From Eledone cirrhosa (Eukaryota): a stretch of 64,000 nt of DNA. Made by a program: the position numbers and the translations under genes. The notes under the pieces were generated by a model that was given only the letters and a program-made list of their open reading frames with translations, did no database searches and had not been told where the DNA came from. Below are positions 1 to 12,169 of the stretch, one piece after another. The DNA lies in assembly GCA_964016885.1 (NCBI GenBank), contig OZ024743.1, forward strand, positions 153,822,001-153,886,000. Reading direction: 5' to 3'. Position 1 is the first letter of the stretch; each line of letters begins with the position of its first letter.

Positions 1-290
1 TTGCGTAAATCAAGTTCTCCGAGTTGCAGGTGAAATTGTTTTTTACTGTAAATGTTTGGCCATCTTTAAATGTAAATTTTTGTCCTTCAGTGAGGTAGAG
101 GCACGTTCCACAGTTTGTTCTACCACATTTGGTAACTGTAGGGTTGAGGATTGGTTTGGGTATATTTGGTCCAGTGAGAATGCGTTTTAGTGATTTGGGT
201 TGTCTTTTACTTTTAAGGATCTTGTGTGTTTCAAGAATAGACTTCATTTTTACATCTTTAAGTAGGATGGGGAGGTTTTTGTGTAGGTGA

Positions 291-2051
291 TCAAACATTT
301 CGGTATTTCTGGATCAAACATACATATGGCAGGGTGTTGAGTGTGGTTTTCTGTTTTGGATTGTTAAGTTGATGGGGATTTAGGTGTCTTGCCCTGTCTA
401 TTCCATTGTTGATTATTTCAAGTGGAAAGGCTCTTAAGATAAGGGTGTCTTTTAGTTCCTTTAGTCTTTGCTCCCGTTTAGGAGGATCTGATACTATGGT
501 ACATATACGTTTGGCCAAATTGTAAGGAATGTTAAGTTTTGTATGTTTTGGGTGACTTGATGTGAAAAAGAGGTATTGCTTGGAATCTGTGGGTTTATAG
601 AATATATCTGTATCTAATTTCCCGTCTATTACAGAGATGAGAATATCCAAGAAGGCTAATTCCTTGGGATTGGATTCCATTGTGAATTGTATGTTATTAT
701 CTATGTTGTTTATCATGTTTTTAAACATAGTAAGTGAGTTCATGTCTTCTTGCCATAGGATAAAGCAGTCGTCTAGATATCTTTTCCAATTGGCTTTGAG
801 GTGTGTGTGGAAAGAGTCTCCAAATAAGAGAAGGGACTGACTGTATATTTGTTGTTCATGGAATCCCATGACTAGGTTGGCATATGTGGGTGCTACTTTC
901 GTGCCCATTGCCGTACCTGATACTTGTCTGTATGTTGAACCATTGAATGTGAAGTAGTTATTTTGTAGGATAAAGCGGAGTCCGCCAGTGATAAAATCTT
1001 TGTTGATGCGTGTCGGTATTTCTGATGGGTGTGTGTTAAGCCAGTATTGGACTGCTGTTATTCCATAGTTGTGGGGTATGTTTGTGTAGAGGTTTATTAC
1101 GTCAAAGGAGACAAGAATTGTATTTGCACTTACTGTTTTAGGGAGGTGTTTCAGCATGTCAAGGTCATCTCGTATGTAGCTCTGTATATGTTGTAGAAAG
1201 GGTTTCAGTAGGATGTCCAGAAAGTTGCTAAGTCTGTGAGTTTCACATGTAGGGCCTGCTATAATTGGCCTGAGTTTTAGGTCTTCTGGTGGTGTTAGTT
1301 CAATGTAATTGTTGGTTGAGGTGTCACATGCATCGTTTATGGGTTTACATTTGTGGAGTTTCGGTAAGCCGTAAAAAGAGCTTGTATTGCATTTGAAGTG
1401 GCTTATATAGTTAAACTCTTTTGTGGTTAAGCTGTTGCGGTATTTATTCAGTAAGGTCAAAAGGTTCCCCATTGTTTTGGTGTGTTTGTAGTTTTCTGTT
1501 TTTTCATAGTATGTGTTATTTTCTAAAATGTTAAGTGCGAGGGTCCTATAGTAGTCCGTATTCATAATGACAACAGTACTGCCTTTATCGGCTTCTTTGA
1601 TAGTTATCTCAGGGTTGTTTCTAAGTGTGAATAATTCTTCCCATTCGTGTGTAGATAGGTTTGATTTCGTGTGTTTATTTGTAATTTTTTCATAGGGAAA
1701 GTTGGTGATGTGTTCGCAGTACGTGTCCAGTGCTTTATTTCTTCCCTTTTGTGGGCAGAAATTGCTTTTATTTCCAACCAGTGATTCGTCTTCAGTGTTG
1801 GTGTCGTTGTGGAAGAATTCCGTTAGTCGCAGCTTTCGGCAGTATTCCATGATGTCATCCTTCATTTCGGGGAAGTTTGGTTTACGTGGTGTAGGTGTAA
1901 ATTTCAGGCCCTTACTTAAAATGTTGATTTGTGTGTTGGTTAGAGGTGTCTTTGAGAGGTTGATTATTTTTGGTTTCTCCTGAAGAGGGGCCATCGAGTA
2001 TCCTGGTATTTCAGGCTTTTCCCTAAAAAAGGAATGTAGTTTTGTGTGTGA
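291..2051 (-). CDS. PLE reverse transcriptase; frame open from 2051, first ATG at 1994, frameshifted from the GIY-YIG region near 320
   Basis: ORF track 291..1994 (567 aa) has IINLS, LSKGLKF, KEADKG, FYGLPKLHK, LRPIIA, SFDVINLYTNIP, GTAMGTKVAPTYANL, RYLDD and YKPTD...SSHP, all PLE RT/thumb motifs. Confidence 0.92.
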   Translation of the reverse strand, partial: SHTKLHSFFREKPEIPGYSMAPLQEKPKIINLSKTPLTNTQINILSKGLKFTPTPRKPNFPEMKDDIMEYCRKLRLTEFFHNDTNTEDESLVGNKSNFCPQKGRNKALDTYCEHITNFPYEKITNKHTKSNLSTHEWEELFTLRNNPEITIKEADKGSTVVIMNTDYYRTLALNILENNTYYEKTENYKHTKTMGNLLTLLNKYRNSLTTKEFNYISHFKCNTSSFYGLPKLHKCKPINDACDTSTNNYIELTPPEDLKLRPIIAGPTCETHRLSNFLDILLKPFLQHIQSYIRDDLDMLKHLPKTVSANTILVSFDVINLYTNIPHNYGITAVQYWLNTHPSEIPTRINKDFITGGLRFILQNNYFTFNGSTYRQVSGTAMGTKVAPTYANLVMGFHEQQIYSQSLLLFGDSFHTHLKANWKRYLDDCFILWQEDMNSLTMFKNMINNIDNNIQFTMESNPKELAFLDILISVIDGKLDTDIFYKPTDSKQYLFFTSSHPKHTKLNIPYNLAKRICTIVSDPPKREQRLKELKDTLILRAFPLEIINNGIDRARHLNPHQLNNPKQKTTLNTLPYVCLIQKYRNV

Positions 2052-3225
2052 TTATATTTTGTTGGTCTGTTGCGTGTGGGTCTGTAGCTTGTTGTTTCAT
2101 GAGGATGAGTGTGATGGTTGGGGTGGTATGTGTTGTGGTTGTTGATGAGCAAGGGTTCTGTTGTTGGTTCATGTGGTCTGGGTGCGTTATTTCTGTGGTA
2201 CAGAGTGTTGAGGTTGGGGGGTTGTCTTTTGTTGGATTGAGGGTGATGTCTGGTGTGGTTGTGGGTAAGTTCTGTTGTGATTTCAAGTGGTCTGGGTGGA
2301 TTTCTTCTGAGGAATGTGGTGTGTGTGTTGTGAGTTGGATCTATGTTATTTCGTCGTTGGTTTATGTAGGAGGCATTTCTACGGAAACCTGTGTTGTGGT
2401 GGTTGTGTGTGTTTCTTTTGGTGTAGTTGGCCGTATTTGGTTTGTGTTGGTGGGGGATGTGCCTGTGGTTAGTGTGTGTTGGTTTGGTGGTGTAAATGTG
2501 TCTGTTGTAGTTCTTGTTTTGTTCAAATGCTTTATAAAGGGGTTACCTGTTTGGTGCGTCCTTTTAACGTCTTCTTCATATTTGAGGAACCAGTTTTCGG
2601 ATTTTTCCCACCGTTTAAGGGAAATAATTTCTGCATTCTCGCAGTCCTGTTTCCACGATTTGATTAAATTTTGTAGGGTTGTTCCCTCGGCCTTTTTAGT
2701 GCATTCTTCCTCCATATTTTGATCAGTATCCTTATACTCTTGCTCGTTGGAGGTGGCCCTTAATTTTAGGAGTTCTATTTCCATGTTTATCCTGTTGAGT
2801 GACATTTGTTCACGGAGTTTTCTGGTTCAGGTTCGTTTGTAATATGCTTTATTTGCAATTTACGTGGTAAAACTATCGGTGTTGAGTTAATCCATTTTTG
2901 GTAAATTCCAGCTTTGTTGAGGTTTTTTATCATATTCCAGAAAGTGAATTTTCTGGTTTTTAGATGTTTTTTCCAGAGGTGTCCCATTTGGTTTTTGATA
3001 TGGAGCAATGTCGTCTGTTCTGTGTTGGTATTCATAAGTTTTTCGATGGAGTTGCATACGTTTTGAACGTTTAAATAAATTTGGTTGTCAGTCGGTGTGG
3101 TGGTTTGGGGTATATCCTGTTTTTTTTGTCAGAATGGTGAGTTTTCCATTTATCTCTTTTAGGATTTTCAGGATTTCCTCATTTATATTGGAGTTTGAAG
3201 TTGTGTTGTCTTGTTCCAGTGCCAT
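1964..3225 (-). pseudogene. PLE ORF1: coiled-coil N-terminus plus basic N/H/R/P-rich tail, broken by about three frameshifts
   Basis: ATG at 3225 (MALEQDNTTSNSNINEEILKILKEINGKL) and helical segments 2787..3035 and 2362..2805. By manual translation one frame is open from ~2520 to 1964, ending YIPFLGKSLKYQDTRWPLFRRNQK*. Confidence 0.65.
1979..2030 (-). promoter_or_regulatory. Candidate -1 programmed ribosomal frameshift signal
   Basis: T TTT TTA at 2030-2024 is in phase with ORF1, followed by an 8-nt spacer GGGAAAAG and a CCTGAA...TTCAGG stem. A -1 slip enters the RT frame (REKPEIPGYSMAPLQEK). Confidence 0.65.
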
Positions 3226-3289
3226 TTTCCGGATTTGCGTAGGTTAGTATATATGAAAAGTGTAATTTACTACAGAAAACGAAGGTTAT

Positions 3290-3841
<552 letters not shown>

Positions 3842-4129
3842 ATCCTAAGAAAATAATTTGTGGGGGCTGGGGGAATTTTTGTGGTGGTTGCTTTTGAAAA
3901 AAATATATATATACATAATTCTTCTTTTGCTTTGTGGTGTGTGTGTGTGTGGTGGGGGGGGGGGCGTGTGTGTCTGTGCGTGTGTTTGTGTTTGTGTGTG
4001 CATGTGCATGTGTATGTGTGCAAATGTATCAGTCTGCTTGTGTATGTGTGTAAGGTCCATGGGTCCCTATGTATAATCTAATGGAGTGGTTAATTTAACT
4101 CTGGTTTGTATTTTTTCATATATTGTTTT

Positions 4130-4730
4130 TCTTTATTTATCTTCTGTGTTTATGTGACAGAGTCTGAGCATTTGTAAAGAGGGAACATTTTAAAGTTGGT
4201 TAAGTTAATTCCTGCACAACCTGCAATATGGCTACTTAGGGAGATTTTCCTAGTGTTTTTATCAAAGATTTGTTGCCGGTGGATGGTAATTCTCTTGCGT
4301 AAGGACACACCCATCTGTCCTACATTATTTTGCTAGCATCCACTGAATGTGATTATGTAAATTAAGTTTCGTGTGTTGCAGGTGAAATTAGCTTTTACTG
4401 TAAATTGTTGGCTATCTTTAAATATGAAATCTTGTCCCTGAGTTAAGTATAGACATGTACCACAATTTTATCTTCCACATTTTGTCACAATAGGGTTGCA
4501 GGTTTGTTTGTGTTATTGTGTTCCAGTGAGAAAGTGTTTTAGTGTTTTGGGTTGTCTTTTACTTTTGATGATTTTGTGTTTCCAAGATTTGCTTTCCTTT
4601 TCATTCTCAGATAGAATGGGGAGGTTTTTGTGGCGGGGGTCAAACATTTCAATGTTTCTAAGGCTCAAGGTGGATACATATGGTAAGCTACTGTTCTTGG
4701 TTCTGTGTTTTAATTTGCTGAGCACATGGA
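4130..4730 (-). mobile_element. Second, diverged Neptune-type PLE 3' fragment (thumb end, Cys linker, GIY-YIG)
   Basis: LPYVSTL...KNLPIL...KSKRQPKTLK, KCGR*NCGTCLYL, NFTCNTRNLIYI; homologous to 1-330. Confidence 0.85.
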
Positions 4731-5008
4731 TGTCTGTGTTTTGCCCTGTATATTCGATTGGTAATTTATATCATATGTTTCACCAGGCTACATAAGAATA
4801 TGCAGTATATTCTCATTAAATCCTGTTCATCAGGTTCTATAAACATATTTAAATTAACATTAACAATATATTACTTTCTGTTGTGGATCTTAGCTGTCAT
4901 CTCAATTGGTTTAAATATGTCATGATAACCTTAGGTTAAAGGCAGATAACCTCGCTTAGAGTTTAATTAGGGTAATCATCAAATAGGTTATGGTGACCCA
5001 AATAGAAA

Positions 5009-6418
5009 TCTATACTATAAAGCTGACGGCCGTATGTAGATAACAATCTTTCCGCCAAACAGCTGGATCAAACAGCACCAAATTTGCACCATAGGTGAAA
5101 CTTTTTCCAAGTAAAGTGAGGGTATTTTTGTCTACTGAATTTTGTTAAAAGATTAAAGACATTATTTAAATATTCACTTCTTTAAAATTTCAAATGTCAA
5201 CACTTCCGGTCATACGTCATTCCTCACTTTTTCGTATGACGTTGCACGACATTCCCCTCTTTCTCTTAGTCTGTCATTTTAGATAGACACATATATATAA
5301 CATAGCGCCCTTATAATATGTCTCTGCATGACTGACTGTCTGCATTAGATCACGTTTTTCGAATTATTTACTTCTGCGTTCACAGACGGATTTTTTAAGT
5401 TTCAGAAGATCCCGTTAAGAGTGAAAGCAGCGATTCTTTGATTAAACTTTAATCTGTTATTTTAATATATATATTCGTGTACAGATATTTTTGCATACAC
5501 AAAAACAAAAACCTATTTATTTCACGAAAGCACAGATGGCTTATTGTCATTGTTACTGTTCGAGGTTAGAGGACCACAGTCTGTCCACGATCTGAGAACC
5601 ATCAATGGCCATCAATGTTCCACTTACCGTTTGGCTTGCCAGATGCGTGGTATGTTACACGATGACAGCCATTGGCACCTCACCCTGCAAGAAGCAGCAA
5701 CTGCTAAAGTCAATTCTCAGCTGCGAAAACTTTTTGCTATTATGCTGCACAACTGCGATCTCGCCGACCCTCTTGAACTGTGGAACAACCACCGCGAAAG
5801 TCTAGTTGAGGACATCCTCCACCACACACGCAGACACAATCCAATTTTCAATGAGGCACTCATTTGTCTTGAAAACAGTGTCCTGGAGATTGGCGGTAGG
5901 CCTCTAAGTCACTACAGCTTACCTGCTCCTGACAAGTGTGTCCAGAGGTCAACGTCTACAGAGCTTCTCCGCGAGACAAGCTACGAAATCAGTGATTCTC
6001 CCATGCTCAATTGTATGTAGGATGCTCTAGGGTGAGCTCGCCAAACAATCTATTCATCTTTTCTCCGTAGGGCTGAACAAAAAATATTGTATACTCTGAG
6101 GTTCTAACAATATAATTTAAATATTTTCTGTTACTTGGAATTTCCATTATGGTTGTACAAATTATTGTTTGTTAAAAAATGTGTTCTCTGTTCAGCCTTT
6201 ATTGTTGTAACTATCAATTTTCTTTAACGTACTGGCTGCTGAACTGGGGAATCCTAAAAACTATTCAAACCCAACATCACAATACGCCCCTCCCCTCCAT
6301 CCTTGCTGACTTGAGAGAGCGTGCGGTATCTTTGCACTGGAGTGTAGGGGGGATTCCTGAAAAGATAAAATGCTGGTATACCAAGCCGGGCGCCAGCCGT
6401 ACGGGCCAGAGGTAATAG
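5009..6418 (+). mobile_element. Internally deleted Helitron
   Basis: Starts A|TCTATACTATAAA. ORF 5544..6020 (LLFEVRGPQSVHDLRTING...ACQMRGMLHDD...LRKLFAIML) is RepHel inter-domain sequence, joined to the Pif1 C-terminus QLYVGCSRV...TKNIVYSEVL. Shares 5' non-coding sequence (5279-5355) with 59754-59830. The 3' end is uncertain. Confidence 0.85.
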
Positions 6419-6864
6419 ATAAAAATAAAATGAAAAGATAAGATTTAGATAACAATTTAGATTATTAATGGGACCACCGATTACTACACAAAAGCCCAAA
6501 ATATGAAAATATCGAACAAGGGTGATAGCTTGGCGAGGGGCATTAGGAGAGATCGGGATTATGCTAGATATTGATCCCTATCAAATATATGTCCTCAGAA
6601 TGGCATTCAAGTTGATGGTGAAGAATAAGAGTATATGAATATGAGTGTGAAACAATGATTGATGTTGTCTTTCCCCCTGTAAGACTAAAGAATCCTCTCT
6701 ATTCTCTGCAGTTTTCATTCTTTCACTGTAAATGTAAATAGGAAGTAATGACCAGTAGAATGAAAGGGAAGAGAGTATGAGTAAGAGTGTTATAGGGAGA
6801 AAATTGTTAGAAGAGTAGGTGCAGGAAAGTGGAAATTAGACAGGGATACATTCATGTTAAAACC

Positions 6865-7090
6865 AATGTCGCTGCAGTTCCACCGTGGACCCTTTCGGCC
6901 TACACCCACTTTCCTGTCACAACAGTGCCGGCCGCATTCCACGCCATGCTACCCTCAACGAGGTCACTAAGCATGGCTCGGATGCTGCAGGCTTCTCGTC
7001 GTAAAAGGCAAAAGGCCAGATGGCATGACCATCTTCCCGTTCCGCGGTGGCAAACCCTCGTCTGGGATGCCACTTGCACCGACACTTTCT
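6865..7090 (+). mobile_element. CRE-like non-LTR retrotransposon fragment (restriction-like endonuclease)
   Basis: Manual translation [28 protein letters not shown], the same motif as at 58265-58350. Confidence 0.7.
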
Positions 7091-7140
7091 GATTTGAACA
7101 CATATGTATATGTATGTGTTCGTTTTTCTTTTTAGTTCAG

Positions 7141-7184
<44 letters not shown>

Positions 7185-7693
7185 TTAATTGCTATGAATT
7201 ACTTTATCTCTTACTCCACTATACAGCATTTGGATTGTGTCAGATGCTTTGACGCTGGTTGTACTAGCTGCAACGTTGATAAGGGTCAAAATTGCCAAAA
7301 TCCATCGCAACAGCCGATGAACCTGGAGTTCTGTATTTTTCGTTTTTATTTTAATTTTATTAAAAACACATTTTCTTATAGTTCCCCTTAAAAAATTGTT
7401 TTTCGTTTTGCCTTGTTTTCATTTGTTGTCTTGTCCACTCTGTTAATTTTTCTAAGTTTATCATTATATATATATAATAATAATAATAATTATTATTATT
7501 ATACTTATATATATAATCTATATACAATTATAAATAAGAAAGGGTAATATTTTGTATTACCCAATTACCAGTAAGAAAATTATCTCAATGTAAAATATTA
7601 GATGTATTACAGAGCAGAAATACAAAATATAAAATAATCAAACGATCATCAGCAATTAAATGCATTAAATAAAAATGTGATTGCTTTATAATT

Positions 7694-7727
<34 letters not shown>

Positions 7728-7731
<4 letters not shown>

Positions 7732-8400
7732 AAAGTTTTATTTAAAATTGTTGGGTTACACCGCTTCCCTAGAACACATAAATATCACTCAATTTTTAAT
7801 AGACATACTATAAAATTAACTTACTCGTCCACCACAAATTTAGCACAAAATATTAACAGAATAAATAATAGGAATTTAAAACCTAACCAAAATACCAATA
7901 ATAACCCAAACAATATTCAATTAAACAACTGTAACTGTAGAAATAAATCTAAATGTCCGTTAAATAACAATTGCTTAGTTAAAAATATAATATACAATTG
8001 TAATGTTAAAACTAACTCAAATTCTTTCAACTATGTTGGTTCCACCTCGACAGAATTTAAACTTCGCTTCAATAATCATAAGAATTCTTTCACAGTTCCA
8101 AACAAAAAATCTTCAACCTCACTATCAAGCTTACTCTGGCAACTTAAACGTGATAACGTTGGGTATTCGATGTTTTGGAATATTGTCTCAAGAGGGATTC
8201 CTTTTAATTCCTCATCTGAGACATGTGATCTCTGTGTGGAGGAGATATTCTTTATATTAAAATCCAAAAATTCCCTTAATCTAAGGAGCAATTTATTCAG
8301 TTGCTGCAGACATAGACTGAACTCAACGTTTAAATATAAATATAAATTTAAAATGTAGTATAATAATTAAGAAATTTAATTAATGTATGAAACCTGACGA
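7728..8400 (+). mobile_element. PLE 3' fragment, Naiad-type GIY-YIG endonuclease
   Basis: Stop-free frame with IFNRHTIKLTYS, CNCRNKSKCPLNNNC (CxCx5C), IIY...YVG, RFNNH, CDLC and terminal CCRHR. Begins at (TA)n. Confidence 0.85.
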
Positions 8401-9995
8401 TAAATCTTTCGATTCCTTCAACTTTTTCTTTTAAACCTTCTTCATAAATATAAACAAATGATGTAATTAAACTACTCTAAAATGTAGATGCTCCCAATGT
8501 ATTAAATAAATTTTACGCAAGATAAATTTTTATACTAAATATAAGAGCATCCGTAGAACCACAGGGTCTTCTAAATCCTTTAAATGATTTTTGTTAAATA
8601 ATTTTTGGTTTTTATTTGCTTTTTGATTATGATTGCTTCTAAAGAACTTGGCAATATATTGTCTGGAAAATTGGAAGGATAGATTTCTGTGGTAAATATA
8701 TGAAGTATACTGGGTTTTTTGTGACTTGAGATGCCCTAGGGTGTGTTGAAAATATTTTAACATTTTGATGTTTCTGCGCTGATATATTGATATATGGTTG
8801 TCTCTGTGCAAAGGCCATATGTATTAATATGCATATGGAATGATTACAGAGTATATTTTATCTGTTCATGTGCCTGTATGTGTGCATAGAGATGCTAGAA
8901 CACTCACGCAGATGTCTTATATATACATATATATGTATATATATATGTGTAGATATGGTTCTGTATATGTTACAGATATGCATAATATTATATACATGAA
9001 CGATGATCATTTGTGTGAGGGCATGAATACTAATCGTTTATTATTTATGTATATATATATATAGTGAAATATTTTATAACACAAGAAAAATTTTTTTTGT
9101 GAAACAAGAAATTAAAGAGTTGATCACGTAATGTCATGTGTATTTCTATTTTATCAACTAGAGCTTGACATGACTTTCTCTTTCTCTTTTTCTTCTCTTT
9201 TCTTTTTTCAGAAAGTGCATATGCATGTGTATGTATATATTTCCGTATTTTTATAAATAGGGTAATTTCTTTTGAAGATTTATCTCATTTTTTTGAAGAT
9301 TTATCTCAGTTCTTGGTACATTGACCTCAGAGTTTTAAACTAAACATATGGTCATTATTGAGCAAAATTATTTTCACTCATTATATATCTATGTCTCATT
9401 CATGAATATTGATATTTACATTATATTACCCAGTTCATATGAATTGATAATTCTAATTGATAGGACATGGCGTAAAGATGTAACTCTATCATCCCTCTCT
9501 CTAGATATAGCTGTTTCTTCCCCTCTCTCTTTATATATGATAAAGTTTATGTATCTGTCGTTTTGACTTTGCCTCTCATGTTTCTCTCTTACTTCTCTCT
9601 TGATTTTCACCACCCCCTATATAATAATAATTATTTTTTTTCTCCCTCTTTCTTTTCAGTCTGTCTCTTCTCTAACTGTGCTTAACACTATAACTAAATA
9701 ATTACCGTACTCCCTCCCTCTTAAATCTCTCAATTCGTATGATGAATTATTATTATTCATCTGTTGCCTTCGGTTGCCTATCTTTTTTACCTCCTCCCTC
9801 TTTCTCACTCCCCTATTTCTTTCTATTTCTCTCTGTTTTTCTTTACATACATTTCTTCTTTTTCTCCGTCTTTATTTGTAACTGTGATTAACACTAAATA
9901 TTTATAAACACTTCACTACCAAGCCAGCCTCCTACATTAATGGTCGCTATATTTATGGTACGTCAAAATTATTTATAAAACTGGTTATATATTGT

Positions 9996-10059
9996 ATTTT
10001 ATCTGAGGAAGGCATGCCATATTTTTAATATGGTATCCCTGAAATATGTATAATGAAAT
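9996..10059 (+). ncRNA. Minimal type-I hammerhead ribozyme, canonical core
   Basis: attttat CTGAGGA AGGcATGCCATAT-tttta-ATATGGTATcCCT GAAA TATGTA TA atgaaat. 7-bp stem I, then AATAAA and (TA)n. Confidence 0.75.
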
Positions 10060-10100
10060 AAATATGGTTTTATAAATATAGTTTCCATTTGTTTAATATC

Positions 10101-10140
<40 letters not shown>

Positions 10141-10142
<2 letters not shown>

Positions 10143-11775
10143 TAAAACATGTCTATAGAATCACAAGATAAAATATATACCATTTCCTCTCCCAATTAGC
10201 CTAATTAACTATATAAAAAATCGAATAGACCAGGCTATAAGAATGAGGCTTCTATAAAGAAATCTCCAACAAATAACCGAAACTAGCCCTTCACGTCGGC
10301 CGCAACGGAATATTTATCGAATATTTCGACAGCGTAATCGCCCAGATACAGTCAATTAAACAGAATTAGGTGTAAAATAAACTAGGAGAAAATAGAATAC
10401 ATTTAAATACCTCTACCATGGTTTCGTCCGCATTTTGAGATTTCCAATAATTATGTTATAATTATGTAACTCGAACATCGGATTCATCAGGAGATTTGCT
10501 CTGATCTAGACACTAAATTTTCCAAAGTAATCGCGCCAAGAATTCATTCAAAATGGCTAAGAATCGCGACGTAGTCGCGGTCAGGTTGGAAGGGGTGTGG
10601 TAGTTGCTTACGGCTGGTGGCTTTTTTGCTAGAAAGCACAGTACAATGCAGCCAAATATGTATCTCAACCTAATGGGAAATTATTACATATAAAAGTTTA
10701 CATATATATATACATATATATACATATACGTGTTTTGCAACGGGTCACTTTGTGGCTCAATGAAAATTTAATAAATTAAATAATCAAAGCTATATATCAT
10801 AAAACATGTCTATAGAATCACAAGATAAAATATATACCATTTCCTCTCCCAATTAGCATAATTAACTATATAAAAAATCGAATAGACCAGGCTATAAGAA
10901 TGAGGCTTCTATGAAGAAATCTCCAACAAATAACCGAAACTAGCCCTTCGCGTCGGCCGCAACGGAATATTTATCGAATATTTCGACAGCGTAATCGCCC
11001 AGATACAGTCAATTAAACAGAATTAGGTGTAAAATAAACTAGGAGAAAATAGAATACATTTAAATACCTCTACCATGGTTTCGTCGGCATTTTAAGATTT
11101 CCAATAATTATGTAATAATTATGTAACTCGAGCATCGGATTCATCAGGAGATTTGCTCTGATCTAGACACTATATTTTCCAAAGTAATCGCGCCAAGAAT
11201 TCATTCAAAATGGCTAAGAATCGTGACGTAGTCGCGGTCAGGTTGGAAGGGGTGTGGTAGTTGCCTACGGCTGGTAGCTTTTTTGCTAGAAAGCACAGCA
11301 CAATACAGCCAAATTTGTATCTTAACCTAATGGGAATTTATTACATATAAAAGTTTACATATATATATATACATATATATACATATACGTGTTTTGCAAC
11401 GGGTCACTTTGTGGCTCAATGAAAATTTAATAAATTAAATAATTAGAGCTATATATCATAAAACATGTCTATAGAATCACAAGATAAAATATATACCATT
11501 TCCTCTCCCAATTAGCATAATTAACTAGATAAAAAATCGAATAGACCAGGCTATAAGAATGAGGCTTCTATGAAGAAATCTCCAACAAATAACCAAAACT
11601 AGCCTTTCACGTCGGCCGCAACGGAATATTTATCGAATATTTCGACAGCGTAATCGCCCAGATACAGTCAATTAAACAGAAGTAGGTGTAAAATAAACTA
11701 GGAGAAAATAGAAGACATTTAATTACCTCTACCATGGTTTCGTCCGCATTTTGAGATTTCCAATAATTATGTAAT
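10141..11775 (-). repeat. ~657-659 bp tandem repeat (2.5 units) with one HHR per unit; retrozyme or PLE-pLTR-like
   Basis: Units start at 10141, 10798 and 11457, flanked by (TA)n/(TAA)n. HHRs at 10411-10493, 11068-11150 and a partial one from 11727. Confidence 0.9.
10411..10493 (-). ncRNA. Type-I hammerhead ribozyme
   Basis: ctc CTGATGA ATCCG...CGGAC GAAA CCATGG TA gag; palindromic stem III, GUA cleavage triplet. Confidence 0.8.
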
Positions 11776-11790
11776 AATAATAATAATAAT

Positions 11791-11831
<41 letters not shown>

Positions 11832-12169
11832 GGCATCAACCTGTTAACAGTGGAGCTGATAACTTGGTTAAAACTCTGTACAGCCTAGAAGGGATTAGAT
11901 GTGGAGAGCTATAGATTTTGTCATAGGCCTTCAGCGCATAGGGTTCCATCAACGATACATCTCAAACTACAGTCATCTATGTATGTGTATTGAACAATGA
12001 AAATAAAATAAAAGTCGAAGATAGGTTCTTAATTAGATCATTGCTTTACGATCATTTCAGAGGTTCGATTGATCCTGGTAAATCGATATATCGACTGAAA
12101 ATTAGTGATTAAGGCACTACCTATTTAGTAACTCTTTGCCCTTTATGGTCTGAGTTCAAAGGTTAAAAC

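Noticed and set aside
2042-2722. 226-aa Val/Cys/Gly-rich plus-strand ORF
   Set aside because: Antisense shadow of the A/C-rich PLE ORF1 tail.
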